DNA of 64,000 nucleotides from Hypanus sabinus (GCF_030144855.1 NC_082722.1:20460001-20524000); one strand, 5' to 3'; counted from the stretch's first letter, positions 1-13,734 are shown. Notes: generated by a model not told the origin, from the letters alone. A program made the numbers and translations.

Positions 1-3000
1 ATATGCCCTAACCCGCAAGTCAAAGGTTTCCTCGAATAAGAGTTATCAGAAAGACCATTGGGACGGTATAGAAAGCCCGACGGCTAAGGTCGAGAATAAG
101 CCGGGAGCTGGTGGTAAAGGTAAGGAGGAGGACAAGCAGGCTGGTAGGAAGTTTCCTCGCTTGACCTGTTATAATTGTGGAAAGGCTGGACATATTACAG
201 CTAAGTGCTTTGTTCCGAAGGAGGAGGCAGGAAAAGGGAAAACAGCAATCCCTACAGGTTGCATTAGCAGATCGATGAGGGAGGCAAAGGAAGATAGAGT
301 ACGAGAGGGCCGTGAGGAATGTATTTCGGAGGGGACAGTGTCTGTAAAAGAACGTGAAACCCCAGTTCCAGTGAGAATTTAGAGAGATACTGGGGCTGAC
401 CAGTCATTGATCCTAAGTAAGGTGCTAGATTTCGGTCCTGAAACTGGAGAGGTGGTATTAAGAGGCATAGGAAAAGGGACAGAAGCTGTACCCTTGCACA
501 GGATCATTTTAAAATTTGACCTGTTATCTGGACCAGTCGTAGTAGGGGTGCGGTCAGAATTACCGAGAGACGGTGTGGACGTCGTTCTTGGTAACGGTTT
601 AGCAGGTGGTGACGTGTGTTCAGCAGTGAAGCTGACAAGCAAGCCTGTGAGTGCTGAGGACACACCCTTAGATTCGAAGATTGATCCCGCATGCGCGATC
701 ACTCGCAGCATGTGGACAAAGGCGGCTGAGAAAGAGGTCAGTTTAAATGAGTCCAGTGTTGATTTGGCTGAGACGTTTTTACCGACCCTGTACCAAGAGG
801 GGTTAGGAGATGGTAAAACTGAGAATACGTAGGTGAAAGAGATTAAAGGAGAGGAGGTAGACCTAACTTTAGCAAGGAAATAATTTATAAAGGAGTAAGG
901 ACGTGACGAGGAGCTTGTGGCATTGAGAGAGTCAGTTCTTTCTGAGACAGAACTGGATAAAGAACCAGAGGGCTACTACCTGAAAGACGGTGTGTTGATG
1001 AGGAAGTTGAGGCCTACCACGTTGCCAGTCGATGAGGACGGGGCGGTGGTACATCAGGTGGTAGTACAGAAGGTGTATCGGGATGAAATGTTGAACGTAG
1101 CTCACACGGGACCTCTAGGTGGATCTTTGGGATTAAGGAAGACAGTGGATGTGTTTATGAAAGATTTTTATTGGCCAAAAATGAGGAAGGATATAGCTGA
1201 TTATTGTAAAAGGTGCCATCCGTGTCAGGTGGTAGGAAAGCCGAACCAGGTTATCCCTAAGGCACCTCTCAGACCGATACCCGCTTTTGAGGATCCTTTC
1301 TCCCGAATCATTGTGGATTTTGTGGGTCCTTTGCCTAGAACAGCGAGTGGGCGGCAGTACGTCATGAGCATGATGTGTGCCGCTACACGATTTCCAGAGG
1401 CTGTGCCTCTGGGGAATATTAGGGCCCCTGCGGTAGTGAAGGCACTCATTAAATTCTTTACCACAGTGGGGCTACCTAAGGAAATAAAATCGGATCAGGG
1501 GAGTATATTTACATCCAGAGCATTTCAGCAAATGATGACACAGATGAGAGTTAATCAAATTTTAGCTTCTGCATACCATCCGAAATCCCAAGGAGCGTTG
1601 GAAAGATTTCACGCTAAACTAAAGACCATTGTTAAAACTTACTGTCAGGAAAACGTTCGAGATAGGAGGATGCATTACCACTTCGGTTATTTGCAGTGAG
1701 GGATACTGTTCAGGAATCTCTGGCGTTCAGTCCGTTTGAGCTCGTTTTTGGTCACAGGCCAAGAGGACCTTAACCCTACTGAAAGACATGTGGTCTAGTC
1801 CGAACGTTCAAATCAGTGTGATTGACAATGTTTTAAAATTCCGGGAAAGACTACATATGGAATGCGCCTTGGCAAAGGAAAGTTTAAAAGACTCCCAGAC
1901 GGGAATCAAACAATGGTATGACAAACGTACCCGAGAGCAAGAATGTCACGTGGGCGATAAGGTATTGGTCCTATTCCCTGTAGTTACCAATCCCCTACAG
2001 GCAAGGTTTCAAGGACCATACAAAATAGTTAAGAAAACATAGTCGCTGAATTATGTGATTGAAAACCCTGATAGATGCAAGCCAAACCAGTTGCTTCATG
2101 TAAACATGCTGAATGGTTATCATGAAACGACCTCCGCGGTGGTTGGTGCAGTCACGAACACTGATGAAGTAGAGAAGAGTGTTGAGGAGGAACCAGAGCG
2201 TTTTGAAAGATAAGGATAATACCCACCAGACTAGACAACTCGGTTATTCTAGCCAACCATGCTGATAAAGTCAATCACTTAGAGCCTGAACAAAGAGTGC
2301 AGTTAACAGAGCTCATTAAACGGCATACATTTATGTCCAGATGTTCCAGGGAGTTGTAAAGGAACAGAGCAAGATGTCATTGTTACCTCGACCCAGCCTA
2401 TTAAACAATCCGCTTATCGGATGAATTTGGAAAAAAGCAGGCCAGTAGACAAAGAAATTGAGCATATGCTAGCTGGTGGTGTAATTCGTGAATCCTCTTC
2501 TGCGTGGGCCTCTCCCTGCGTGGTAGTACCGAAACCGGACGGTACCATAAGATTCTGTACCGATTACAGAAAGGTGAATGCTGTCACGCAGACAGATGCT
2601 TACCCTAACCCTAGGGTGGACGATAGCATTGATACAATGGGGAAAGCGAAGTACATCACTAAGATTAACTTGTTAAAGTGATACTGGTGCCTTCTTTTAA
2701 TGGACAAGGCTCGATAAATTTCAGCCTTTGTCACCCATCCGGGTTTTACGAGTACAACGTCTTGCCGTTGGGAATGAAAAATGCACTAGGGACATTTCGG
2801 AGGATGATTGACATGGTGATAATAGGGTTAACAAACACCAAGGCTTATATTGACGATATGGTAGTTTGGAATGAAACCTGGGAAGAGCACATTGAGGCTG
2901 TACAAAACCTGTTTAAAAGAATGTCTGCAGCCCAACTTACAGTGAACCTTACAAAGAGTGAATCTGGTCTTGCCACAATCACCTACTTGGGGTATGTGGT

Positions 3001-3772
3001 AGGGCAGGGGCAGTTGGCTCCTGTGCAGGCAAATGTACAGGCTATTTCTGAGGTTCCTGGACCAACAAATAAAAGTGCTTAGAGAAGATTTTTGGGCATG
3101 AAGGGGTAATATCGAAAATATTGTTAGAACTTTGCTGTTATCGCCCTCCCGCTTACAAAACTGCTACGGAAGGAAGAAAAGATTGAGTGGAACAATTATT
3201 TTGAGGATGCTTTTGACAAGCTAAAAACCGTACTCTGCCATCACCCTGTGTTAAAGGCACCTGATTTGTTAGAAACTTTCTCCCTGGTGACTGATGCAAG
3301 TGATGAGGCTGCAGGAACAGTCCTATTGCAGAAAGCAGGGGATGGAGTGAAACACCCGGTAGCGTATTTTTCTCGGAGGTTCAACGTGCACCAGAGGAAT
3401 TACTCTACCGTAGAAAAAGAATTGTTGGCACTTGTTTTGGAAATACATTTTGAAGTGTACATTTGTTCAGCACAAAGACCTTTAATTCTTTATACAGATC
3501 AGAACCCTTTGTTATTCCTGGTTAACATGAAATATAAAAACAGAAGATTACTAATTTGGAATCTGATGCTACAACAGGTTGATATTCAGATACAACATAT
3601 TAAATAAAGTGACAATGTAATCACTGACTGTTTATCTAGATGCTGAGTTGAATGCATATCTGTATTGTTTTGTAGTTAAGAACACTTCTGTATTTTGTCA
3701 GATTCTGTAATTCTGTAAGGCGCTGTATTAGTTAATTTTCCCCTTTGGTGAAAATTTCTAGAAGGATGGGGG

Positions 3773-4451
3773 TGTTATGAAGGATGAACAACTCTGATGG
3801 GCAGAAGGGTACAGATTTGTCCATACCCCCCCCCCCCCCGCGAGAATCAAAAACTGTTACTGTTACCACGCTGCTAATGAGAGAGAAAGAGAGACAAAGG
3901 GAAAACATACTGACATACTGGGACTGGAACATCTGCTTCAGAAAAGGGAGAGAGAACACCGGGGGAGAGAGAGTTCTTGACCCACCATATTATGAATCCT
4001 GAAAGACTTATGGCTCCGGAGAGGGCTGTTTACTTGGTACCATTCTGTTCATTAAAATTCCTCAGCGGACAGCGAGAGTGCGCTGGTTTGATGGACTAAG
4101 GCAAACAAAACTGATTGGCATCTCAAACCCTGTGAGTAGGGATAAAAGTGTGGTCTGGGGCTTCACCCCTCAGACACACCAGGAGACACACTAGTGAGCA
4201 CTGCTTAAGTGTCGGAACCCACGAGAAGGTTTGGGGCATCGGGGACCGAACAATGGATCGGTCAGTTTAACTCAGAATATTATAGCAAGGCCGGTGTGGG
4301 CTTGTGTGCATGTGTCCGCCCTTGCCTCGGTGACGAGTTCACCACAGAAGAACGGTCCAGCTGAAGGATAGAGGGGTCATATCTGAATGTCCACAACATC
4401 GACGGATGTAGAACGTAAAGGAAGGTTTGCCTGGCTTTAGCTGTTACTGTT

Positions 4452-4517
<66 letters not shown>

Positions 4518-4814
4518 AACGATTAAAACACAAGAATCATCAACTACTTCAGCCCGTATGAACTGAACTGAAATTTATACTTATAAACGACAATTCATTA
4601 TCCCTTAGACATCAATAGACCCTGTTTATTATAGATTGTTATTATACACACACATTTAGGTTTAGTATTGATAACGTGTATCATCTATAAATTTGCATTG
4701 TTGATATTGATTTGTATATTTTTCTAATAATCACTGTTTGAAAATAGTATCACTGGACTCCAACGGATTCTTCTATCTTTGCTGGTAAGACACCCAGTTA
4801 CGGGGTACGTAACA
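3773..4814 (+). repeat. 3' LTR of the Gmr1-type element
   Basis: Purine tract gaaggatggggg at 3761-3772 is followed directly by TGTTA; the LTR ends in TAACA at 4810-4814 (5-bp inverted termini). Contains poly-C at about 3826-3840 and a (CT)n tract. Confidence 0.85.
4455..4510. repeat. (CT)n microsatellite inside the LTR
   Basis: Direct reading; explains the ERERER ORF at 4280-4519. Confidence 0.97.
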
Positions 4815-5079
4815 GTAACCTAAGCTTTGAAATTAAAAATAAACAAGTCTGCAAATCGATTTTTGTGCTAGAAGCAAACTGTACCCACAAATGCTTTCGA
4901 TAATATAATTAGGTTCATTAGTGCATTTCTATTTTCTTCTATCTGTACTTTTCTGTTGATCTGCGTGAAAACTGTGTTGCAGATCTTAAGCTAAAAAAAG
5001 ACATTGAATTGTGTGCACATAAGAGGCCTGTCTCGAACATTCGGAACTATATATTTATGCAACAGTTATTTTCCGTTCA

Positions 5080-5530
5080 TTTATCACTTCCTCTGGCAAC
5101 ATGTTTTAAACATCTAACCTCCTTTGTGTGAAAAACCTGCAATGCAGAGTTCTCTTTTAAATATTTCTTCTCTGAATTCAGGACGATGTCCTCCTAGCTT
5201 TAGTTCCTCAGACTTGGGAATTGACTCTGAGAATCCACAATATTAATGACTGTAGCAATGTTTATCCAAATTTCATGTTATCCTCCAGTCTGCTATACTC
5301 CAGAGTAAAATAAAAACTCTTTTCTATACAATTCCTCCAAGCCACTACAGTTTCCTCTTTATGGCCATATCCCGGAGTATTTCTCCTGCAATATTTCTAA
5401 CTCTACCAAATGCACTCTATCATGTGGTGATCAGAAGAACACGCAATGCTCCAAGTGCAGCCTAGCCAATGGCTACAGCTGCAACATGATGTCCCAACAC
5501 TCTTTAACTCGTTAATGTTGGTCAAAAGCT
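5080..5530 (-). mobile_element. CR1 LINE 3' fragment
   Basis: Resembles the reverse complement of the CR1 RT C-terminal region seen elsewhere in the window (tccaagtgcagcctagccaatg; fccagtctg-type RT-end motifs are degenerate). Confidence 0.65.
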
Positions 5531-6749
5531 CTCATCAAATAACCTGATATATCGTCTTTTCAGGAGACTATCCATGTGTCCCCTAAGGTTCTTCTGTACC
5601 TCAACGCTTCTGTAAACTGTATATTTCATGTCTGTGCCAGTGGCCGAGTAAATTATAAATACAGGAGTTTCTGCAGATGCTGAAATCCAGAGTAATAAAT
5701 ACAAAATCCTGCAGAAACTTAGCAAGACTCACAGCATTAATGAAAAGGAATGATCTGTTGCCTTTTCGAGACGAAAACCTTGATTAACGTGGCTCCCTTT
5801 CTTCCAGATACGAAATAATATCCCCTTGAATTTTGCAGCAGCGTAGACTAACCATCGCTCTGAGCAGGAAACTTTTACACGGCCTCTCCGAAGATTATGC
5901 ACGGGCTGGTAGCTTATTCACGAGATATTGATTTCCAGTCTGAGCTTGTTGTGAGATTTGTACCAGTATTGTAACTTGTAACAATAACAATGTAAGAACG
6001 TTGAAGCTCTAAAGTGTTTTACATTAAATTTGTCGTATGCTCATTATGCAGAAACATAATGGTTTATATTCATTAGCACACAATTATTTGTTATTTCACA
6101 AATGCATTAACACAGAATTCATAATCATATTAGTATAATTTCATAATTAGATTAACGTTATCTAAAATGAAGTCTGATCTGCATCGCACAGATTAATGGG
6201 AACGGTGTATACAGACCACAGACAGAGGAGGCTGGTTTTCTAATGAACGGAACTGCGTCCACAAACATCTGTAATTTTGTTCTTGTTATCCTGCCCCGTC
6301 TACCGCTGTCAAATTTTTCAGTATTACCATTGACTTGAAACCTACAAAGAGCTTTGAATCACGTCAAGGGTAAATATTGATGTACAAACAATTCCCATTG
6401 TGATCATTACAGACGCGAATTCCCATTCACTGAAAAAAACCCTATTTTCATATCGACACGTAGATAAAGTACTCGTCCAGTGAAAGATGTAACATTTTCG
6501 GTCGATTAAGGGGTCATTCAGAAAAAAAGTAGCCAACGAATAAAGAAAGTAACCCTCTTTGATTTCCATTCACAAAGTTTAATGCAGCGACAAATCACTT
6601 CTTTGTCGATGTCCATAAAACCTGAAATTTTTAACAACATTTCAATGAAAGCAAATAGTGACTCAATGTCCGAGCTCCTGCGTGACACTATGCATTCAAA
6701 TTTGTAAATATATCACTGTTCCTGTATTGACGTAGAGTTACCTGAAGTC

Positions 6750-6754
6750 TCAGC
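6750..6754 (-). CDS. Gene A candidate last coding exon (completes Gly, then TGA)
   Basis: Acceptor ttgcctctcctgtAG|gc tga; a donor cttcag|GTaac follows at 6742/6741. The same cag|gc tga arrangement occurs at 38369 in gene B. Confidence 0.4.
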
Positions 6755-6883
6755 CTACAGGAGAGGCAAATGCTTTCTACTCAGCCAAACGCAACAGAAG
6801 AATTAAATTTTGCCTCACCAGGTACTAACCTTACTTGCTGTTATTTTACATAATTTACACATTGCATTACATTGAAAGCTTAC

Positions 6884-6916
6884 CTCTGAATTCAATACTG
6901 CCATATATCGGTTTCC
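6884..6916 (-). CDS. Gene A candidate cytoplasmic exon, (G)KPIYGSIEFR
   Basis: 33 nt, acceptor ccaatctacAG, donor GTAAG, phase 1-1 matching the TM exon. Contains Y-x-x-I-x-F. Confidence 0.55.
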
Positions 6917-7249
6917 CTGTAGATTGGAGCACAATTCAGTGAATGTTTACGAGATGCCAAAACCATTATTTGTTGTTTTCTTCTTATATCGTCATCCACC
7001 CACCGAATTATTTGGTGTGAAATGAAAAGAAGCTGCTCGACAAATTCAATGGGCTGTACAATATGTGCGAAGGCAAGAGAATGGTCAAAGTTTTGCGATT
7101 GAAAATCGGGATTAGAGTGTAGGAGCAAGATACTCAATAAATAAATGTGAGAAAGTGGTGTGTGACCAAAGCTGTCAGGTGATAAGTGGAACCAAACTGT
7201 GGGCTGGAGAGGTGGAGTGGTTGTAAGCTGAGCGAAATTCGCTTCTTTA

Positions 7250-8170
7250 TAATTGGCGGCTTCTACCTGCATTTTAACAAACGTTTCTCTCGCCAATGGC
7301 GGCGAATCTCTGGATTTTTTTTTTTCATCGTCTGATGAATATTGAGGTAAATCATTGGGGCATATTTAATGGAAAGTAGTTTTTCTTTTACTTGAAATCA
7401 TTGAGAAATGTGCGATGGACCAGAAGAGGAGGTTATGACTGAGCATATCAGACATTATCACATTGAATGGCCTGGCAGTAGAGAGAGGCAGAATGGCAGA
7501 TCCCGATTCATAACTTTCTTACTTTTTTGAGGTACAATGAATTATTCGGAAAATTGTCGAAGACGAAAATGACCTCTTCTCTTCCCAACTCATATATATG
7601 ATATCGATTGTCATTTTTTTGTCTGGATGTAGGGAATGAAACGAAGCAATGCATCGGGTCTGCACCCATTGGTGGTCTACAGCTCGGAAGTACAACTGGA
7701 TTCTCAGCTTGACTGCTTCCTTGATGCGTTTACTGTATACCTGCTTCAATGTAGGTTTGCTTTAAAGTTTGGATGCTGATGGAATTGTGAGGTTGCAGAG
7801 CTGCGCAAGGCAGTTTGCCAGCTCTATTTTTCGATTGTGGAAGTAACATCAAAATCGAGCATCCAGTGATTAATGGAATCAAACAATCGCAAAATATAAT
7901 GGTGATGTACTAATCAAATTTGAGTTTCAGATTCCTACCGCTTTACACGAAGTTTCTGTCAGCGTACTTCAAGACTCCACTTTTTAAATCACATAGAGTT
8001 TGAACGGCAAGAGGCTGTCTTATCCCATTGAAGAAAGACCGTTTCTTTCCTTATTTAAAATGAATTTTATCAAAATCTAATTAGTGGAGCAGAAAATTAA
8101 TTGAAGTAATATTCATGTTACTAAATGTTTGGCTAACTCACAATACAAGCGCATTTATCAGTTATTTCTT
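7250..8170. repeat. Non-TE block paralogous to about 36990-37900 (gene A versus gene B 3' regions)
   Basis: Colinear matches, e.g. gtctggatgtagggaatgaaacgaagcaat versus gtctggatgcaagaaataaagtgaagcaat, and acaatacaagcgcatt versus aaaatacaagtgcatt. Roughly 65-70% identical by eye. Confidence 0.85.
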
Positions 8171-9329
8171 TTGATTTTCGCAACCTTTTACAACTACTGA
8201 GCACACAAGAGGTTGTTTCACTGCAATTGAAGTTTAACTTGAAATTGAGCTTCTCGCGAGAGGACCTTACGATATCGTGACGATATATCGCCAGCGATAT
8301 TGTTGTTCTGCATGCTAACGTATATGAACGAGAGCAGATTTTTGAATCCCTTTAAACTGATATCTCTGACGTTCTTTTGAAATTGAAAAAAAAAATGTCT
8401 GTTGATAAGGGCAGAATTAAATTTCGCTCGTCAGTCGCAATGTTCGCTATTCTTATTCTTATCTTTCAGTATTATTTCAGCCGTCGCTCTTTAGTTTCCC
8501 TGCAGTAGATAAGGAGAAACAACCCGGGGGACAATGCATTCGTTCACTCTCCACAGAACCGAAGACTTTTTCGATTTTCAGCTTCTCTCTTCTTGTGAAT
8601 GCTTCACAACTGCGGACAGTGAATCCTTGTTGCCGTGCTTAAATGCCAGTATTTTATTGTTTGGAAGCTGTAGAGCGGCATTTCATCTCCACCACGTCGA
8701 GTCTGTGGAAGTAATTCAATATCGAGTCTTTGTCAATTGTCCAGCAAAAAAAGCGAAGCAATAGATTTTAAAATACAATTGTAACGTATATAATAATTTT
8801 CATTTTCAGATAACAGCCTTTTAAAACCGATTGTACTGAAAGAGGCAAAAGAGAAACTGCTGTTTCTTTTTTAATCACTGAAGTTTCGTTGCCACGTTTT
8901 TAATTATTTTATAAGGTATTATTTTACTCGGAAACTAAACTGCTTCCGGACTCGGTCTGCTTACGGAGGTCCGGGAGGTGGTCTGACCCCTGTCCATGTA
9001 GTACCGAAGCCCACCTGCGTAGGATTACAATTTTACAAAATTATTATTACCACTTTAGGCCCACCTGCGCAGGAAAGTAGAATGAGTTTCTCATCTCTCA
9101 TCATATTTTTCCTTCCGCGGTTATTTCCTTTTTTCCTCCTTTCCCCAACAGTTTACGAAGGGACGATTGTCTCCTTTGTAGTCCTCCGACCGTACAGAAT
9201 ATTGAAGGAGCGTTTTGCCGACCAGTTGTCACCGGCTCTCATGCACACGCAGACATATCCATGCTAACGTCGTAACTGATTATAATATTCCTCTACAAAT
9301 AAGTTTGTGCAGAGCAAGAGGATAATATA

Positions 9330-11110
9330 TTAGGGAATAGTACCAAACAAGTGTGACAAGGGGAAGTGTGTATGGAACCGCATGAGTTAGCAGAGGTACT
9401 TCATGAGTACTTTGCTTCAGTATTCACTACGGAAAAGGATCTTGGAGATTTTCGGAATGACTTATAGGGGACTGAAAAGCTTGAGCATGTAGATGTTAAT
9501 AAAGAGGATCTGTTGGAGCTTTGAGAAAGTATCAAGTTGGATAAGTCACTTAGGCCGGACGAGATGCACCCTAGGGTACAGTGGGCGACAAGAGGATATT
9601 GCTAAGCCTCTGGCGATAATCTTTGCATCAGCAATGGGAAAGGAAGAGGTTCTGAAGGATTGGAGGGATGCGGATCTTGTTCCCTTATTCAAGAATGGCA
9701 GTAGAGGTTGCGCTGGAAATAATAGCCCAGTGAGTCTTACGTCAGTAGTTGGTAATTTGATGGAGAATTTCCTGAGAGGCAGAATTTGTGAACATTTGGA
9801 GAGGCATAATATGATTAGGAATAGTCAGCATTGCTTTGTCAAAGACAGAAAATGCTTTACGAGTCTGATTGAATTCTTTCGAGGATTTGATTAAACACAT
9901 TCTCGAAGGTAGAGCAGTAGATGTAGTGTATATGGATATCAGGAAAGCATTTGACAACGTACCCCATGCAAGGCTTATTGAGCTATTAATGATGCATTGG
10001 ATCCAAGCAGATATTGCTTTGTGGATCCAGAACTGGCAAGCTCACAGAAGGCAGACTGTAGTTGAGGACGATTCATATTGTGCATAGACGTCGGTGACCA
10101 ATGGTTCGGCTCAGGGATCTGTTATGGGACCACCACTCTTCCTGATTTTTATAAATGACCTGGATAAAGAAGTGGAGCGATGGGTTAGTAAATTTGCTGA
10201 TGACCCAAAGTTGAAGGTGTTGTGGGTGGTGTGGAAGGCTTTCACATGTTATAGCGGGACAATGATAGGATGCAAAACTGTGCTGAGAAGTGGCAGATAG
10301 AGTTCTACTCAGTTAAGTGTAAGGTGCATCATTTTAGTAGGTCAAATGTGAGGACAGAATAGAATATTAATAGTAAGACTCTTGTCAGTATGGAGAATCA
10401 GAGGGATCTTGGGGTCCATGTCCATCGGACACTCGAAGCCTCTGCGAAGGTTGACGCTGGGCTTTAGAAAGCATATGAGGCATTGGCCTTCATCAATCGT
10501 GCGATTGAGTTTAGGAGCCAGGAGGAAATGTTGCAGCTATATAGGACCCTTACTAGACCCCACTTGGAGTACTGTGCTCAGTTCTCGTCACCTCACTATG
10601 GGAAGGATGTGGAAACCATAGAAAGGGTGCAGAAGAGATTTACAATTATTTTTCTTGCATTGCGGAGCATGCCTTATGAGAACAGGTTGAGTGAACTCGG
10701 CAGTTTTTCTTTGGAGCGACGGAGGATAAGAACTCACCTGATAGAGATGCAAAAGATGATAAGAGGTATTGATCATGTGGATAGTCAGAGGATTTTTCCC
10801 AGGTCTGAAATGGCTAGCACGAGAAGTCATAGTTTTAGGGTGCTTGGAAGTAGGTACAGGGGAGATGTCGGGTGTTGTTGTTGTTTTTTTTATGCAGGGT
10901 AGTGAGTGCGTGGAATGGGCTGCCAGAGACTGTGGTGGAGGCTGATACCATAGGGTGCTTTAAGAGACTCCTGGACATATATATATATATATGGATCTCA
11001 TAAAAGTAGAGTGTTGTGGATAATCATAGGTAATTTCTAAGGTAAGAATATGTTCGGCACAGCTGGGTTGGCCAAAGGACCTGTAATGTGCTGTAGTTTT
11101 TCTATATTTC
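9330..11110 (+). mobile_element. CR1 LINE, 5'-truncated RT region with 3' UTR
   Basis: ORF fragments [57 protein letters not shown]; ctatatttct-type tail at about 11100. Confidence 0.93.
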
Positions 11111-11712
11111 TAATATACCCCTCTCAGAAGAAAAAGAGAAGTTGTTTCTCTCACCGGTTCTCCAATCTGACTTGCTTCCTCAGAGATTGTTTTAATACCT
11201 AATGGATTTAGAAATAATAGTAAACATAAAAATAGAAATAATAGTAAACACTTTAAATAATAGTGGTAGTGTTAGAAAATGCGAAATTGCGCTTTGGTAT
11301 GTAATCAAATTTCTGGTCGAAAGTTGAAACTACTATTCAAAGTAGTAGAGGTGCACATTGTGACCATGACCATGTTGTGCCTGGACTTTCATGAATGTGG
11401 TGGATCTAGATTTTGATTGAAAGAGCAGAGTGGCGGTAACTTAACATCAGTCATGTTATATCTCAAAAGAACCAAGCTCTAACAGTAAGTTTAACATTAC
11501 TTGTGTAAATTCGCGCAGGAAGTCACAGCCTTGGTACAAGGGATGATTGTATAAATTGAACGGGAATGCCAATTTTCGTGTTATTTATGATATGTATTGA
11601 CGAATGTGAATTGGATAATGCCTTGGAAATATTGAATCTCTCATTATCATTTCTGTTTTCAATCTGCAGAGGTAATAAGTGGAGATTCTTTTCAAATCAT
11701 TTATGTTATTAC

Positions 11713-11814
11713 CACGTTTTGGCTTAACTCCGATTCTTATCAAAATTATAATCAGAATTGCAATTGCCAGTCCGCCCAATGCACGTCCAGGAATCAAGGA
11801 TTTATTGCTGTCTT
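11713..11814 (-). CDS. Gene A transmembrane exon, (x)DSNKSLIPGRALGGLAIAILIIILIRIGVKPKR(G); no upstream Ig exons found
   Basis: 102 nt, acceptor ttttacatgatctAG, donor GTAATA, phase 1-1. Hydrophobic span followed by basic KPKR. Aligns without gaps to the gene B TM exon (LI....x.GL.I..LII.L). Confidence 0.75.
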
Positions 11815-13384
11815 CTAGATCATGTAAAAAAAACATATATACATATATAGAGACCGTGAGAAAAACTGTAGGCAGCAACTATGGAGAAAAGCAGTGGTTG
11901 TTTCGGATTAGACTCTTGGCAGGACTGTTGTTGCCTGGCCTGCTGAGATCGTCCAGCATTTTGTGTGTGTTCCTTGGAATTCCAACATCTACAGATATTC
12001 TCTTGCATGTGTTTTGGTTCTTTACAGTGAGTATTATTTTTTCATTTGAATTAAAGGATTTTTTTTCTGTTTTTTGATGCCTTTGCAGATAGTGGAATCG
12101 CAATTGCGAAAGGACATCGTTTGTTTCTGAAATGTCACTCGAAAACTTTCTCACTAGATCCGATTGGCAAAAAACAGAAAATTACTTTTTTTTTACTTTC
12201 TCAAGACATCACAAGATGCATTGGTAAAATATTAAAAAGCGTCATCCGAAACATATATGATAAGTGGCAACATAGTTGGTGAAAACCGGGGAGACTAATG
12301 AGCAGGTTTAGATTAAGTAATGGAAAAAAAGACACTTGTAGAGAACATTCCAGCTTTAAGTGCAGAGGTAGCCAAAGGCATAGAATTGCGCAAACAGTTA
12401 AAAAAGAACAGTATATGGAACGATGGATGTACTGAAATACTATATATTAACATTTAAATCATAAAGATGATTTGACTCTTTCTTAACGTGACTAACTTCC
12501 AAAATTGTGTTTGATCTTCTCCTGCATGTTTCGGATGTTTCGATTCTCAACTGGGATGAAGTATAACGATTGCATTCTCGGACATTTCCAAAGAATACAC
12601 GTGCACAATATTAGGAGGTAGAAATTACAAAGAATTATCAACTTATCAGTGAAGAAACCTTTTAGTACCGATTCTCATCACGGCAAGGAATCTATCTCTG
12701 GCTGAAGGAAACTGCCACTTGATATTCTCAGCCGGAATCCTATGTACGCATTGTACTTGGATCGTACTCTCAACTCAGAGAGCTTTTTCAACAAACTTAC
12801 ATAAAATTATCTTTTTGTCACGCTGATATAAACATGCAAATGGTAATATTCACATCATTCCTGATCTTCTACATACATATTCTATTTCATGCTTGAGAGT
12901 TCGGTTGGTGCAAATATACTGTATGTACTTTATACTGAATTTACCAAAGTAAAATACATTTTAAAATTATTGCACCCACAGTTATTAAATCCGCATTCCT
13001 CTACGACCTTCCGTTTGTACATCTTGTTTTTTTCTTTTTTTTAACAAATGGCTAAAGTTTAATGGCAAAGCGCACAAAGGAAAATTATTGACTTTCCACA
13101 AAAGCATGCAATGCTCAACTGGATAGAGAGAGTCATGGAACAGAGTTGCATTTGACATCTTGTCACATCCATGTCATGTGCTTATTTAGCACTAATATAA
13201 AGTAAAATTAAAAGTGATGGTCATAATAAAGAGATCTTCGGGACATACTATTTATTGGTGACATTTCAGGCATTTTCAAAATAATTCTCAATTTGCTGGA
13301 CAGTAGAGCTGGGTTGCATTAATAGGGAAAGAAATAGAATTGCATTGTACTCTAGAATACGTATCCATGCCATTACCAAAGGTC

Positions 13385-13680
13385 GTATTTCAGTAATGCT
13401 GCTGGAGTATATAATTTATTACCCGAACTTCGTTTGAAACCATTGCTACAAATCGATGAATTCCGTCATCAAAATCATTGATATATAATGGGAAAATAAG
13501 TAGTTCCAATACCAGTCCCTGTGGAACACCACTATACAACCAGAAAATCATACTCCCGGTGATATGTAGAACTCTACGCAAGACCCAACCATTCTTCACA
13601 TTTCCTCCTAGAAAATAAGTAAAGATCAACCCTACTTCATTGACCGTCTGTCGAAATACCTCTTTTGACATCTCAGATTT
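13385..13680 (-). mobile_element. Old CR1 RT fragment
   Basis: ORF 13390-13671 contains SGVPQGLVLELLIFPLYINDFD. Confidence 0.8.
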
Positions 13681-13734
13681 TTTGAAATATATCGGAATGT
13701 TTGCTATGTAATAGTCTAAGCATAAATTTACGAA

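Larger units (their letters stand above)
1..4814 (+). mobile_element. Gypsy LTR retrotransposon of Gmr1 type (gag zinc knuckle-PR-INT-RT-RNaseH-3'LTR), degenerate; 5' part lies outside the window
   Basis: CCHC knuckle CYNCGKAGHITAKC (ORF 161-382). Protease site RDTGADQS at about 380-410, preceded by a stop. Integrase ORF 917-1699 (CKRCHPCQ; IIVD..SDQG..ALER). RT in ORFs 2421-3082 (SAWASPCVVVPKPDGTIRFCTDYR; YIDD). RNase H 3248-3607 (TDAS..HPVAYFS..NYSTVEKELLA). Many stops and frameshifts. Confidence 0.95.

Noticed and set aside
4280-4519. ORF with an ER repeat
   Set aside because: Translation of the (CT)n microsatellite in the LTR.
6892-7296. 134-aa minus-strand ORF
   Set aside because: No recognisable domain and no open equivalent in the paralogous region. 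Only the 33-nt exon at its end, in another frame, has splice support.
12200-13380. Unique interval searched for gene A's C1 or V exon
   Set aside because: No Cys/Trp Ig pattern or open frame of about 100 codons was seen on the minus strand.
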